Positions 26,374 to 36,793 of a stretch of 64,000 nucleotides of DNA are shown piece by piece. Below the pieces are notes generated by a model that ran no database searches, was not told where the DNA came from, and saw only the letters and a list, made by a program, of their open reading frames with translations. Both the position numbers and the translations under genes were made by a program. The stretch lies in contig JANQNA010000003.1 in the NCBI GenBank assembly GCA_028279825.1, positions 114,266 to 178,265 on the forward strand. The letters run 5' to 3'. Every line of letters begins with the position of its first letter. The stretch's first letter is position 1. This DNA is from an archaeon. GTDB lineage: Archaea; Aenigmatarchaeota; Aenigmatarchaeia; GW2011-AR5.

Positions 26374-29067
26374 ATGGAAATGCAATTCAAAAAATTGGTA
26401 GCAGCAGGTACACTAGGTGTCCTAATGGCAGGATCCTCAGTGGCATTTGCAGCTCTAAGTGACTTCCCAGAACCTTTCGTGACTAGCAGTGGTGTGCAGT
26501 CATTTGTGGTTGTGGGAGCAGCAGCCGCTCCATCTGACGTTGTAGGTGCAGTAGACCTAGCAGCTCGTTTGGGTGGCGAAGTAACAACGGACGTCACAAT
26601 CTCCGGAGCATCTGTCGGCTTTAATATCGACGGAGAGGGCCGTGAAGTGGCAACAACAAACACAAAACTATACCTTGACGACAGTCTTGGTAAAAGTGGT
26701 GTAAGAACAACCATGACACGAGAAGACCTTCCGACGCTATTGGCAACAGAAGCACTAGAAGATACAGACGCCAGTACAACACACAACTATCAGCAATTCA
26801 TATACCTAACACCAAGTGCAACTGGTTCGGCACTATACACACTACAATTCGACAAACCAGGTAGTACCTCTTCAGTCGATCCAGACTACAATATCGGTAG
26901 ATGGCCAACATCTCTTACAGACGCATGGATGTACAGAACATACATTACGTTCGACAAGGACGTTAACACATCCACAGCTGCTGGAGAGAGAATGACCCTA
27001 TTCGGTAGAGTATATACAGTACACACCGATACAACAGCAAACCCAGGTGCTCTAGACTCAACAGACAAGCTAGTATTGTCTGGTGGTGCATCTGAGTCAG
27101 CTATCCTATCTGGTGGTGAGACAGTAGAGGTTTCACACGGTGGAACCACATATGAGGTAACATACGTTGCTTCATCTGACTCAACAACCGGTATCGTAAA
27201 GGTAGGAAGCGACCAGAATACCATTACACAGGGACAGTCCAGAAAAGTCGGCGGTCTTGACATCTTCATGGAAAGAGTGTTCGACATATCAAGTACTGAC
27301 CCAACTCTAGACTCCGCAAAAATGCAGTTTGGTGCCTCAAAAATCGTGCTAACGCACACAAACAAGGTAAAAACTGGAGACTCAGAGGACTCTGTTGACG
27401 GTACCTACGTTAACTTGACGCTATCCGGCGGTAAGCTGGCAGCATTCCAGGTAGCAGTAGGCGGTAAAAGCTCAACTGAAGATTTCGTAAAAGCAGGCGG
27501 CGGTACATACACTGACCCTGTTTGGAAGTCATTCGGCTTGAACTTCGCTTCAGTAACACCTGGTCTGATGGACGCATCAAGAAGCGTAATAAAGGTAAAC
27601 CCATCAGGGGACAACAACCTGGAAGTAACATACAATGACGACAGAGGCAACGAGAAGACAATAAACTGGGGTTACAAAGCACTAAGTACAGACACGACCT
27701 TTACCCTTGCTGACAGCAGCGGTAACGAAATCGTAGTCGTAGAAAATGTACCAGTAGCAAGAGACGCTTATTTCACAACAACGGCAGGTGACTTTAGCCA
27801 CTTGTTCAGAGTTTCTGGATTGAGCGCAGACGCTACATCGTCTTCAAACGCAGACATCCTGGACATCTTTTCAGGAAACACACTGCGATTGAACCTGGGT
27901 ACTGACGACTATGAAGCAAAGGTAATCGACGGTCAGACATTCCACCTGAGCGCTAACTCAACCCACCTAAACACAACAACATGGGGTACTGGCGCAGCTC
28001 TTAACGACGTTGGTTCATTCCTAACAGTGTTCCCAACAGTCAAGGGTAAGAATGGTGAGAAACTGGCCTTTTTCGAGCCTGTAACCATAAACGTAACTAC
28101 ATTCCCAACATGGGATCTTCCAACTGGTGCTGTGACATTCGCTTACTCGACCAACGGTCCAGATAAGAGATTTAACATTACAGCAGCAAGCAAGGAAGAC
28201 ACGACATCATCTGCTCTAGCAGCAGCCGTAACCAACGTGAACGCATCTGATACACCATCGACACTATTCACTCTTGGTAGAACAGCAACCGGCGGATTAA
28301 TCTACAACATAACATTCGCTGACGATGTTGCAACCTTGAGAGTTGTTGGTAGTACAGGCGGAGTCGGCCTAACACAACCAGGTATGATCTTGGTTGAAGA
28401 GAAAGATGATGCAAGTAACCAGTACAGTGTTGTCGTATCCGGTAACACAGAGACTTCAGGTAGTAACTATCTGGCAGTTCCATCTGCACCAGACTTTACT
28501 GCAACAGAAGACTCTTCGTCACTAGGAAGCGATTCAACATTGACAGACTACGTTGACCTATACGGTACCTATGTGAGAAGAACAACCACAAGTCAGGACA
28601 CATTGACGATCTACTACCCAGATGAACAGGTAACAGCAAACCTATTCGTTTTGGATAAAGACGCAACTGTGACCCAGACAGCGGGCGGTACTTCATCAAC
28701 AGTCAAGAGCGCAACACCAGTAAAGACAGCTCTTGGTAAGTTGGACACAGAGGTAACATCTGCAGACAAGAACAACAAGAACCTGATCTTAGTCGGCGGT
28801 CCAGCTGTAAACACTCTGGTAGCAGAGTTGGCAACAGCAGAAAAGACCAAGGCAAGACAGTGGTACGTTGATCAGGGAGCTGGTACATCATTGCTAAACC
28901 TAGTTGAGGATGCATTCACAACTGGTAAATCAGCATTGGTCGTAGCAGGTCACTCAGCTGCAGACACCCGAGCGGCAACGAGCATGATGCAAAACTATGA
29001 CGCACAGACATTCAGTTCTGACGAAGTAGTTTTGAAGAACGGTGTCATCTCAACAGCAACTGCGTAA
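26374..29067 (+). CDS. S-layer protein
   Basis: GGAGG RBS before ATG 26374; VVGAAAAPSDVVGA N-terminal and NLILVGGPAVN...LVVAG C-terminal S-layer motifs; Thr/Ser-rich. Confidence 0.92.
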   Translation: MEMQFKKLVAAGTLGVLMAGSSVAFAALSDFPEPFVTSSGVQSFVVVGAAAAPSDVVGAVDLAARLGGEVTTDVTISGASVGFNIDGEGREVATTNTKLYLDDSLGKSGVRTTMTREDLPTLLATEALEDTDASTTHNYQQFIYLTPSATGSALYTLQFDKPGSTSSVDPDYNIGRWPTSLTDAWMYRTYITFDKDVNTSTAAGERMTLFGRVYTVHTDTTANPGALDSTDKLVLSGGASESAILSGGETVEVSHGGTTYEVTYVASSDSTTGIVKVGSDQNTITQGQSRKVGGLDIFMERVFDISSTDPTLDSAKMQFGASKIVLTHTNKVKTGDSEDSVDGTYVNLTLSGGKLAAFQVAVGGKSSTEDFVKAGGGTYTDPVWKSFGLNFASVTPGLMDASRSVIKVNPSGDNNLEVTYNDDRGNEKTINWGYKALSTDTTFTLADSSGNEIVVVENVPVARDAYFTTTAGDFSHLFRVSGLSADATSSSNADILDIFSGNTLRLNLGTDDYEAKVIDGQTFHLSANSTHLNTTTWGTGAALNDVGSFLTVFPTVKGKNGEKLAFFEPVTINVTTFPTWDLPTGAVTFAYSTNGPDKRFNITAASKEDTTSSALAAAVTNVNASDTPSTLFTLGRTATGGLIYNITFADDVATLRVVGSTGGVGLTQPGMILVEEKDDASNQYSVVVSGNTETSGSNYLAVPSAPDFTATEDSSSLGSDSTLTDYVDLYGTYVRRTTTSQDTLTIYYPDEQVTANLFVLDKDATVTQTAGGTSSTVKSATPVKTALGKLDTEVTSADKNNKNLILVGGPAVNTLVAELATAEKTKARQWYVDQGAGTSLLNLVEDAFTTGKSALVVAGHSAADTRAATSMMQNYDAQTFSSDEVVLKNGVISTATA

Positions 29068-29077
29068 GATAGAAAAA

Positions 29078-29110
29078 CTTTTTTATTTTTTCTTTCTCCC
29101 TTATTTTTTT
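29078..29110 (+). terminator. Oligo-T terminator after the S-layer gene
   Basis: Several T tracts immediately after the stop codon. Confidence 0.55.
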
Positions 29111-29131
29111 ATTATCAATCTAGTGGTTGGA

Positions 29132-30034
29132 ATGTATTATACAAAATCACCCGGTACAGGCGGTAAGACAGAAACGGAAGATGATTTCATAGTTGAAGAA
29201 ATACAAAACTTTCCAAAGTTCCTCAGAACCAGGCAGGGAATCAAACCTATGAGCGGGCCTTACACACTTTTCTTACTTACTAAACGCAATATGACCACGG
29301 AAGAAGCTGTGAAATTTTTAGAGAAGAAATTCGGCCCTGTCGGTTATGCAGGCCTGAAAGATAAATTTGCCGTTACTTCCCAATACGTCACAATAAAAGG
29401 CGGACGGAACATAAAAACAAAAAACCTGCAGCTAAAGAAAATAGGCAGCCTAAACAGGCCTATACAGGTCGGGGAACTTATCGGCAACAAATTCAGAATA
29501 ACCCTTAAAAACTGTAAGCACCCTGAAAATATGGAAAAACTGGCCAAAGAACTAAAGATCATGCCAAATTATTTCGGCCCGCAGCGCTTCTCAAGAAGCA
29601 ACATTGAGACAGGCAAGAAAATCCTGAAGAGAAAGGTTAGAATTGACAAGAAAAGGGCAAAATTCCTGATAAATGCTTATCAATCCCGCATATTCAATAG
29701 TGTGTTATCTGAGTACGTGCGTAAGCACGGAAGACCTACATTCGGGAAATTCCCAATACCGGGTTTTGGCACAAAGCTGCGAAGCAGCTTTGCTGATAAA
29801 GAGACAAAAAAACTCCTGAAAGCCGAGGGTATAAAGCTCAAAGACTTCCAGATAAGCGAATCCAGGCTTTGTTGTGATGGTTCAGAGCGCCATGCATTTG
29901 TCAAGGTTAAGAGCCTTACATACAAGATAAATGGCAATATTATAGTCATGGAGTTTGAATTACCAAAGGGATCTTATGCAACAGTGCTTATAAAAGAGGT
30001 GACAAAAAACCAAAAAATAACGCAGGGTTTTTAA
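29132..30034 (+). CDS. truD: tRNA pseudouridine(13) synthase TruD (compact)
   Basis: DFIVEE, YAGLKDKFAVT, NYFGPQRF and FELPKGSYAT. Confidence 0.92.
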   Translation: MYYTKSPGTGGKTETEDDFIVEEIQNFPKFLRTRQGIKPMSGPYTLFLLTKRNMTTEEAVKFLEKKFGPVGYAGLKDKFAVTSQYVTIKGGRNIKTKNLQLKKIGSLNRPIQVGELIGNKFRITLKNCKHPENMEKLAKELKIMPNYFGPQRFSRSNIETGKKILKRKVRIDKKRAKFLINAYQSRIFNSVLSEYVRKHGRPTFGKFPIPGFGTKLRSSFADKETKKLLKAEGIKLKDFQISESRLCCDGSERHAFVKVKSLTYKINGNIIVMEFELPKGSYATVLIKEVTKNQKITQGF

Positions 30035-30081
30035 ACTTTTAAACCCTCCAAATCTAAGGTATATGAAAGAGAGGTCAAATT

Positions 30082-31563
30082 ATGAAATTTAGTAGCGTGG
30101 TCTTGTTTATTCTGATGTCTCTATATTTTGCATATTTCGCTTACGCCGTGGTATTCCTGTTTCCATTGCTTACAACAACAGGTTCTGTTATACTGAACGT
30201 TTTGCTTGTAAGTGCGGAAATGCTGGCAGGATTATTCTCCATATATCTGTACCATTCAGTGTTTTCCACATTGGAATGGAAGCATCCCGAATTCAGAAAA
30301 ATGAAAAAGTGGCCTTCCGTCACAATACAGGTTCCTATATTCAACGAATCAATAGGAATTGTACGGAAGACTTTGCTTAATGCCCTCAACCAGGACTATT
30401 TGGGTAAGTATGAAATAATCGTTGCTGATGATTCCACTGACACGGCAAAGGCAAGAGCCGTCAGGAATTTCTGTAAGGAACATAAAATAAAATACGTATA
30501 CCGCAAGCACCGCAGCGGCTTCAAGGCAGGCGCGCTTAACAACATACTTTCAATGTCCAAAGGCGATGTTATAGCTCTTTTGGACGCAGACGACATGCCT
30601 GAGAAGACATTTCTTTCACACGCTGTTAGTACGTTATATTCTGATAAAAAGTACGCATTCGTCCAGACAAGAAACGAGGAGAGAAATCATGGGGTCAACA
30701 CCGTGACAGGCATAGGAAGGCTTGTAAGGGATCTTTTCTTCGGGGCTATTCTGAAATCCAAGGACAACAGGGATCTTGCAATATTCTGCGGAAGTGCAGG
30801 CGCGATAAAGAAAAAGATATTGAAGGAACTGGGCGGCTGGCCTGAAAAGACAGTTACGGAAGATATTGATCTGTCAACAATGGCATTCGCCAAGGGTTAT
30901 ACTTCCCGTTTTATTAATCCGGCTCAGTGCAGAGGTCTGCTCCCTCCGACATTCACGGGTTTGTGCGGACAGACATTCAGATGGTCTTTTGGAACAACAA
31001 AGACGCTTATACTTCGCTGGAAACTGATCCTGAAAATACCCGGATTCTGGCGAAAGATCGAGCACTTTCTGTCATGTATGACCTATGTTCTTGGTCCGGC
31101 AATTGTGGCTATAGACCTGATAATGATTACACACCTTTTCCTTGGAACACCAATATTCCATATGTATGAATCAAAAACAGTATGGATATTCGGGGCAATG
31201 CTCACGTTGAGTTCATTTCTCGCTTTAATGTTTGTCCAGTTGCGTGACGGAAGGGTGTCAATAAAACGTACGCTGGACTATATCTTTGTAATATTCGGTT
31301 TGTCAGTCAATTTCACAAAAGCTGTGGCCGGTGCAATACTTGGCAGAAAATTCTCTTTTTTCAGGACACCAAGATCTGCAACTACCGGCAAGAACTATAA
31401 TCTTCTTAGGCGATTCTGGCTGGAACTGGCGATAGGTGTTTTGTCGCTGATAGCAGGAGTTGTCCGCATAACCGATCCTATATACACGGCCCAGTCCACG
31501 TGGGTCCTGTTTTTCGGGATCGGCTTCCTTACAGCACCATATTTTGCCGTAAAATACGGTTAA
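30082..31563 (+). CDS. Processive GT2 glycosyltransferase, cellulose-synthase-like
   Basis: DDS, FKAGALN, DAD, FVQT, FCGS, TED and QTFRW motifs plus TM helices. Confidence 0.9.
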   Translation: MKFSSVVLFILMSLYFAYFAYAVVFLFPLLTTTGSVILNVLLVSAEMLAGLFSIYLYHSVFSTLEWKHPEFRKMKKWPSVTIQVPIFNESIGIVRKTLLNALNQDYLGKYEIIVADDSTDTAKARAVRNFCKEHKIKYVYRKHRSGFKAGALNNILSMSKGDVIALLDADDMPEKTFLSHAVSTLYSDKKYAFVQTRNEERNHGVNTVTGIGRLVRDLFFGAILKSKDNRDLAIFCGSAGAIKKKILKELGGWPEKTVTEDIDLSTMAFAKGYTSRFINPAQCRGLLPPTFTGLCGQTFRWSFGTTKTLILRWKLILKIPGFWRKIEHFLSCMTYVLGPAIVAIDLIMITHLFLGTPIFHMYESKTVWIFGAMLTLSSFLALMFVQLRDGRVSIKRTLDYIFVIFGLSVNFTKAVAGAILGRKFSFFRTPRSATTGKNYNLLRRFWLELAIGVLSLIAGVVRITDPIYTAQSTWVLFFGIGFLTAPYFAVKYG

Positions 31564-31588
31564 AAGACTGGGTATACAATAATATTGA

Positions 31589-32113
31589 ATGGGAGTTCTG
31601 AAAGACCTGTTCAATGATCCTGTTTATTTTTTTAAGGGTAAGCGGAGTTTTAAGGAAGGCTTCGCGTGGATGCTTGTAGCCCTGTTTGTTTTTGTTTCCC
31701 TGAACCAGCTAATGATTGAGATGGGTTTTGTTGTGTTTGAAAGAGATGTAACTCCGTTGAACGCGATACTGATAAACTTTGTTACCCTTGTTGCAGGCTT
31801 TTTTGTGCTTACGGCAGTATCCTCTATACCATTCAGGCTCATAGGGGGAAAGGACACAGGAAAACTTTTCATGGTTGTGGCATACTCAATGGTACCTGTG
31901 ATCTTTCTGTGGATCCCGCATATAATTGCACAGTCAATAATCATATTCCTTTCCATGATAATCATGACAAAAGGGGTTTCCAGATACTCCAAAGCAGAAA
32001 CAAGGAAGTCGTTAATAGTTACCATAACATTCCTGGCTCTTGTTATTTTGTCTTCAACGGTAGTGCAAAACTCCCTTCTTTTGTTCGGTAACTTTAATAT
32101 TTTGCCTTCGTAA
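31589..32113 (+). CDS. Yip1-domain membrane protein
   Basis: DP..FF start, IGGK, AYSMVP; five TM helices. Confidence 0.7.
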   Translation: MGVLKDLFNDPVYFFKGKRSFKEGFAWMLVALFVFVSLNQLMIEMGFVVFERDVTPLNAILINFVTLVAGFFVLTAVSSIPFRLIGGKDTGKLFMVVAYSMVPVIFLWIPHIIAQSIIIFLSMIIMTKGVSRYSKAETRKSLIVTITFLALVILSSTVVQNSLLLFGNFNILPS

Positions 32114-32121
32114 GTCTTTCT

Positions 32122-33363
32122 ATGTTGGAATCAGTTTTGCTTGTTATTTTCATTGCGATTACCGTTCTTTACATAGTATGGATAAGCGCGATAATGATCC
32201 CAAGAAGAAAATACCGGACAGATTACACCCCGCCTGTTTCTATTATAGTGCCTGCACATAACGAGGAAAGATACATAGAAGGCACGATAAAGAGTTTGTT
32301 GGGCGAAGCTTATCCGAAAAAGGAAATAATCATTATTGATGATGGTTCCACAGACAAAACGGCTGATATCGCGAAGAGATTCCCCGTTCGTCTGCTTCAC
32401 ACAAACCATGAAGGCAAGTCAGCCGCCCTGAACAAAGGTCTTCGTCATGCAAAGTACGATGTAATTCTCATGCTTGATGCTGATTCTGCGCTGGAAAAAA
32501 ACAGCCTGAGGGAGATAGTCCGTCCCCTTAAAGACAAAAAAGTAGGCGGGGCAACCGGTGTTATCAGAGCTCGTGTAACAAAAAACCCCCTGACGTGGTT
32601 TCAGGATTATGAGTATATAATGTCCTCCGGCTGGCGTTACACGTGTACAAAGATGAAGGGCAATTCAATTCTGCCGGGCTTTGCAGCCTTCAAAAAAAGC
32701 GTAATAAAAAAGATTGGCGGGTTTTCCAGGGATACGTTAACGGAAGATTTTGATATTGTTGTATCCTTAAGAAAAATCGGATATGAAACCGTTACAGTCA
32801 GCACGGCCCAGATGAGAACAAACGTACCTCTCACAATAAAGGCCTTTATCAAGCAAAGATTGAGATGGGGCCGCGGAACGCTGCAGGTTATGCGCAAACA
32901 CTCAAGGTTTATTTTCTCCAGGAAGAGCGGACCCCTGGGTTATTTTGCTATACCATCCCAGTTTTACTGGTACGTACATGCGTTTGTATACGTTCCAATA
33001 ATACTCTACATGATGCTTGTGTTCTGGTCAACCACTGTCGTCAATGTGTCAGGTTACTTTTCTTTGGAATTTATCCAATACATATTCACAATGTTCTCCG
33101 TATACGGTATTTACACGTTAATTGTGAAAGTAATCACGCTGGAATACGCAATGACAGAAATGATACTCTTCAGTCTGACAATGTTTTTCTTGTCGGTTAT
33201 CTACACACTGATAGTTTTTGCAAAGGTATCAAGACCAAGTATACATATCATACCTGTATACATCTTCTTCTTCCCGTTCAGCATATTCAACATGCTTATT
33301 CTGGCAGCTTCCGCCTTGCTGGCAGTGGCAAGGCCAAACCGCCGGAACAGGTGGAACCTATAA
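32122..33363 (+). CDS. Processive GT2 glycosyltransferase
   Basis: DDGSTD, GKSAALN, DAD, TED and QRLRW. Confidence 0.9.
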   Translation: MLESVLLVIFIAITVLYIVWISAIMIPRRKYRTDYTPPVSIIVPAHNEERYIEGTIKSLLGEAYPKKEIIIIDDGSTDKTADIAKRFPVRLLHTNHEGKSAALNKGLRHAKYDVILMLDADSALEKNSLREIVRPLKDKKVGGATGVIRARVTKNPLTWFQDYEYIMSSGWRYTCTKMKGNSILPGFAAFKKSVIKKIGGFSRDTLTEDFDIVVSLRKIGYETVTVSTAQMRTNVPLTIKAFIKQRLRWGRGTLQVMRKHSRFIFSRKSGPLGYFAIPSQFYWYVHAFVYVPIILYMMLVFWSTTVVNVSGYFSLEFIQYIFTMFSVYGIYTLIVKVITLEYAMTEMILFSLTMFFLSVIYTLIVFAKVSRPSIHIIPVYIFFFPFSIFNMLILAASALLAVARPNRRNRWNL

Positions 33364-33387
33364 AAAGATTAAATAAAATGTCTAGAA

Positions 33388-33933
33388 ATGAAGAAAATTC
33401 TTCTGATGTTGGTTATAATGATAGCCGGCTGTACAACCACTCCAGGTCAGGCACCCATTACAGAGATATCTATACCCGGCCACGCTAATCAGATTTACAC
33501 GTTTGCAAATGACATAAGAGAATCTTTAGAAGTATCAACAAACGATCCTGAAGGAATAAAGGCCATAGGAAACAACTTCACAAAAATGAATATCGTCTTT
33601 GACGGTTCCAATGATGTAGACAACGGCTATTTCCGCGTTACACTCGTGAACTTCCTTGCAAAGATTCCGATATACTATTCTTACGAAGGAAGACTGGTCA
33701 AATTCGACAGTTTCTACTTTATTGACGATGTATGGTATAACTCTTCGGCAGAAGTGATCAACGAACCTGTTTTTGAGGACCCTGTGCTCTGGTTGGTTGG
33801 TCCGTCAAACGCAGAAGATACATCAGTAAATCTTGTAGATAATACAATATACCTGTCAGGAACCAGCTATAAAAATCTCACTTTAGCAGGAGATAAACTA
33901 ACATTAATTCTTTTTGGAATTGACAAGATATAA
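33388..33933 (+). CDS. Putative lipoprotein
   Basis: IAGC lipobox. Confidence 0.7.
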   Translation: MKKILLMLVIMIAGCTTTPGQAPITEISIPGHANQIYTFANDIRESLEVSTNDPEGIKAIGNNFTKMNIVFDGSNDVDNGYFRVTLVNFLAKIPIYYSYEGRLVKFDSFYFIDDVWYNSSAEVINEPVFEDPVLWLVGPSNAEDTSVNLVDNTIYLSGTSYKNLTLAGDKLTLILFGIDKI

Positions 33934-33937
33934 CCAA

Positions 33938-34279
33938 CTAGGCAAGGAGTGGCAGTGATCCTGTAACTTTATTCACTTTTTCTTCCTTATCCGGCCCTAT
34001 TGCCAGGGCCGTGGCAGTACCGGGCTTCAATTCTGTCAATCCTGCGTCACACACAAGATAATGGTTTATTTTCAGCTTCCTGCACTTGTCCTGCAGGGAC
34101 AAAAGTTCTTTTTCTGTTTTAACTTTAACAGCAACCTTCTTTTGCCCTCCACGTGTCCACGAAGAAATAATTTTCTTGTCTGCTTTCTGTGCAGCAGCAA
34201 CAGCCGCGTGCGAGGCTTGCACGGCTAGTTTGCCTTTGGACATTTTCAGATCAGTTCTTACAATAATCATCTGTTTCAT
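33938..34279 (-). CDS. pth2: Peptidyl-tRNA hydrolase Pth2
   Basis: KQMIIVRTDLKMSKGK.AVQASHA, DAGLTE and LAIGP. Confidence 0.95.
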   Translation of the reverse strand: MKQMIIVRTDLKMSKGKLAVQASHAAVAAAQKADKKIISSWTRGGQKKVAVKVKTEKELLSLQDKCRKLKINHYLVCDAGLTELKPGTATALAIGPDKEEKVNKVTGSLPLLA

Positions 34280-34917
34280 TTTCTCACAACTGATTCTAAT
34301 ATATAGCCCCCAACCTTTATACTTTCCCATATAGGCATTGAAGAACCAATACCGTATTTTACTGTTACGGGCATTTCCTTTATTTTCAGCCTATTCCTGA
34401 CGGCTTTTACGAGCATCTCTACCTCAAACTCGTATCTCTTATTCTTCAGTTTCAATTCAGAAAAATCCTCCTTGTTTATTGCCCTGAAACCGCACATAAC
34501 GTCGTTGAATTTTCTCCCGACAGATTTGGATATGACTCTTTTTGCAAAAGAATTTGACAGCCTTCTCTGTAAAGGTATATTTTTCAGGTCCCTCTTTCCT
34601 ATAACAAGATCATTTTTCTTCAATTCTGTCAAAAACCTTGGTATTTCCAGAGCGTTTAATTGGTTATCTGCGTCTATAAAGACCAGGTTGTTTGTCGTAG
34701 CTATCTTTGCACCTATCGTACATGCATGACCCTTTCCCATATTCTTGTTCAATCTCACACATACACAATCTTCTTTTTTCGCGATATTTATCGTGTTATC
34801 CGTGGATCCGTCATCAACGACTATTATTTCGTAATTCCCGGCCTTGTTTATCTTTCGTATAACTTTGGCTATATTTCTCCCTTCATTATGGGCGGGTAAA
34901 ATAACTGAAGCTTTCAT
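34276..34917 (-). CDS. GT2 glycosyltransferase (dolichol-phosphate mannosyltransferase-like)
   Basis: VDDGSTD, NMGKG, DAD and CGFRA. Confidence 0.88.
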   Translation of the reverse strand: MKASVILPAHNEGRNIAKVIRKINKAGNYEIIVVDDGSTDNTINIAKKEDCVCVRLNKNMGKGHACTIGAKIATTNNLVFIDADNQLNALEIPRFLTELKKNDLVIGKRDLKNIPLQRRLSNSFAKRVISKSVGRKFNDVMCGFRAINKEDFSELKLKNKRYEFEVEMLVKAVRNRLKIKEMPVTVKYGIGSSMPIWESIKVGGYILESVVRK

Positions 34918-34918
34918 G

Positions 34919-35434
34919 CTACCACGGATTCCTCTTCACCTTAACAACATATCCAAGAATATTGGCAAGCCAGTGAATTACTGGTGTCAGCACAACAAGT
35001 ATAATGAATGTGTTGAGACCAGGAAGATACACAGGTGATACAAACACAAAGGCTATCAGCAAAAATCCAAGCTGATCCAGCATCAATGCTTTTTCACCGC
35101 GTTTTATGCCTGTCCTTCTTTTTATGAAAGATCCTATGAGATCCCCGGCCATTGCACCTACTGCAAGCAGAAACACTATAGGAAACGTCATTTCAGCCAG
35201 TCCATATTCCGGAGGAATGTACGACTGACCGTATATCTGTAAAGAACCTATAAAAACACCAAATATGATTCCGCCCAGAAGACCCTCCCAGGTCTTTCCA
35301 TCGCCAAAGAATCTTGCACCACCAAACATTTTGCCGCCGTCTATGGGTCTTTGCCCTCTCATCAAAGGTGGAAAGGCATTGGATGCGTATGCAGCCGCTA
35401 TGAACCAGAATGCCTGTAAAAGAAGTAGCCACAT
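34919..35434 (-). CDS. carS: CDP-archaeol synthase
   Basis: PIDGG, GDGKTWEG, GDLIGSFIKRR and LDQL. Confidence 0.93.
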   Translation of the reverse strand: MWLLLLQAFWFIAAAYASNAFPPLMRGQRPIDGGKMFGGARFFGDGKTWEGLLGGIIFGVFIGSLQIYGQSYIPPEYGLAEMTFPIVFLLAVGAMAGDLIGSFIKRRTGIKRGEKALMLDQLGFLLIAFVFVSPVYLPGLNTFIILVVLTPVIHWLANILGYVVKVKRNPW

Positions 35435-35439
35435 GAAAA

Positions 35440-36162
35440 CTACCTTATCACTTCATATTGTATCTTCTTTACTTCTCTTTCGAATTTGCCTTTGTTAATG
35501 AAATATTTCAGATATATTTTGGTATATTTCTTTATCAAACCGGACCCGCCCCATTTATTCATACGACGTGTTGAAGTATAAACACACGTAGCCTTGGAAA
35601 ACATGAATTTCCCTAATTCGCCAACTCTCATGGCAAAGTCATGGTCCTCCATAACTTTTAACTTCTCGTTAAATCCGTCAACTTTCTTGAATGCACTTCT
35701 GCGGCAGGCTATTACTATGCCGGGTGCATGAGGCTTTTTTGCATATGTTGTCAAAAAGTCCACAAGATTGTTGCTCAGATTGTAAATAACCTGATCCTTC
35801 CATTTTGGCGTGAAGGCGTAGATACTGCACGTCCATCCCTGGACGCGTTTTTTCTTGAAGTCTTTCTTTATGACCTCCATTATATTCGGATAAACAATCG
35901 TATCAGCGTCAATAAACAGTATTATGTCGCCCTTTGCAGCTTTGCCTCCGGCGTTGCGTCCATAGGAAGCTGCACCGCGTTTGCAGTATACAACCTTTGC
36001 ACCGTATTTCCTTGATACCTTTGCCGTGTCATCTTCAGAATGAGAATCGGCAACGATTATCTCGTAAGGCTTCAGCTGTTTCAGATGGAAAAGCGTAGTT
36101 CCGATGTATTTACCCTCATTGAGTGCGGGTATAACAACCGATATTCTGTCTCCCATTATCAA
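35440..36162 (-). CDS. GT2 glycosyltransferase
   Basis: SVVIPALNE, GRN.G, FIDAD, EDHD and TSTRR. Confidence 0.88.
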   Translation of the reverse strand: MIMGDRISVVIPALNEGKYIGTTLFHLKQLKPYEIIVADSHSEDDTAKVSRKYGAKVVYCKRGAASYGRNAGGKAAKGDIILFIDADTIVYPNIMEVIKKDFKKKRVQGWTCSIYAFTPKWKDQVIYNLSNNLVDFLTTYAKKPHAPGIVIACRRSAFKKVDGFNEKLKVMEDHDFAMRVGELGKFMFSKATCVYTSTRRMNKWGGSGLIKKYTKIYLKYFINKGKFEREVKKIQYEVIR

Positions 36163-36196
36163 TTTATTGGCCCTGCTCTTTTATAAAGTTCTCTGA

Positions 36197-36296
36197 TGCT
36201 CCCATGGGGATTTGAACCCCAGTCACCAGGTCCGCAACCTGGCGTTCTCTCCGGAAGAAAAGTTATCCTTCTTTATCCAAGCTAAACTATAGGAGC
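36197..36296 (-). tRNA. tRNA-Arg(GCG) with ~26-nt non-canonical D-loop intron (~36248..36273)
   Basis: GCTCCTA/TGGGAGC+A; CCAGG-TTGCGGA-CCTGG; TGGGGTTCAAATCCCCA; extra hairpin AGAAGG...TTTTCT in the D-loop. Confidence 0.88.
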
Positions 36297-36355
36297 CTAG
36301 AGATACATCGTTACTCCATTTAAAAAGTTAATGATTGAAATTATAACTGATAACA

Positions 36356-36514
36356 ATGAAATGCTCATCATGTAACGATAACCTTATGTCAGAGGACAAC
36401 TTCACTAAATTCCAGTGTCCTTCCTGCCTGAAGGCTGAAGTCGTAAGATGCAGCAAATGCAGGCTGAAAAGCACTGTTTATTTATGCCCTGTTTGTGGCT
36501 TCAAAGGACCGTGA
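36356..36514 (+). CDS. Small zinc-ribbon protein (DUF1610 / HVO_2753-like)
   Basis: Hand-translated MKCSSC...FQCPSC...RCSKCR...CPVCGFKGP; sits directly upstream of aEF-1beta, as is typical. Confidence 0.88.
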   Translation: MKCSSCNDNLMSEDNFTKFQCPSCLKAEVVRCSKCRLKSTVYLCPVCGFKGP

Positions 36515-36518
36515 TTAA

Positions 36519-36770
36519 ATGGGTCAGGTAGCATTAACAATGAGAGTAACTCCGGAGAGTCCTGAAGTAGATCTAAAGGTCTTGAAAGAAAAGATCATGG
36601 AGATCGAAGGAGTTAAGCAGATAAACGATAAGCCTATAGGGTTTGGTTTAGTAGCTTTAGAGGTTTTCATGGTTTTTGACGATAAAGAAGGCGCACCTGA
36701 TTTTGAGGAAAAAATTAAGTCCATAGAAGGCGTTGGTTCTGTTGAATCAGGCGATATCACGCTGATTTAA
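36519..36770 (+). CDS. ef1b: Translation elongation factor aEF-1beta
   Basis: PESPEVDL and PIGFGLVAL motifs. Confidence 0.93.
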   Translation: MGQVALTMRVTPESPEVDLKVLKEKIMEIEGVKQINDKPIGFGLVALEVFMVFDDKEGAPDFEEKIKSIEGVGSVESGDITLI

Positions 36771-36793
36771 ACCACTCAAACCCAAATAATTTA

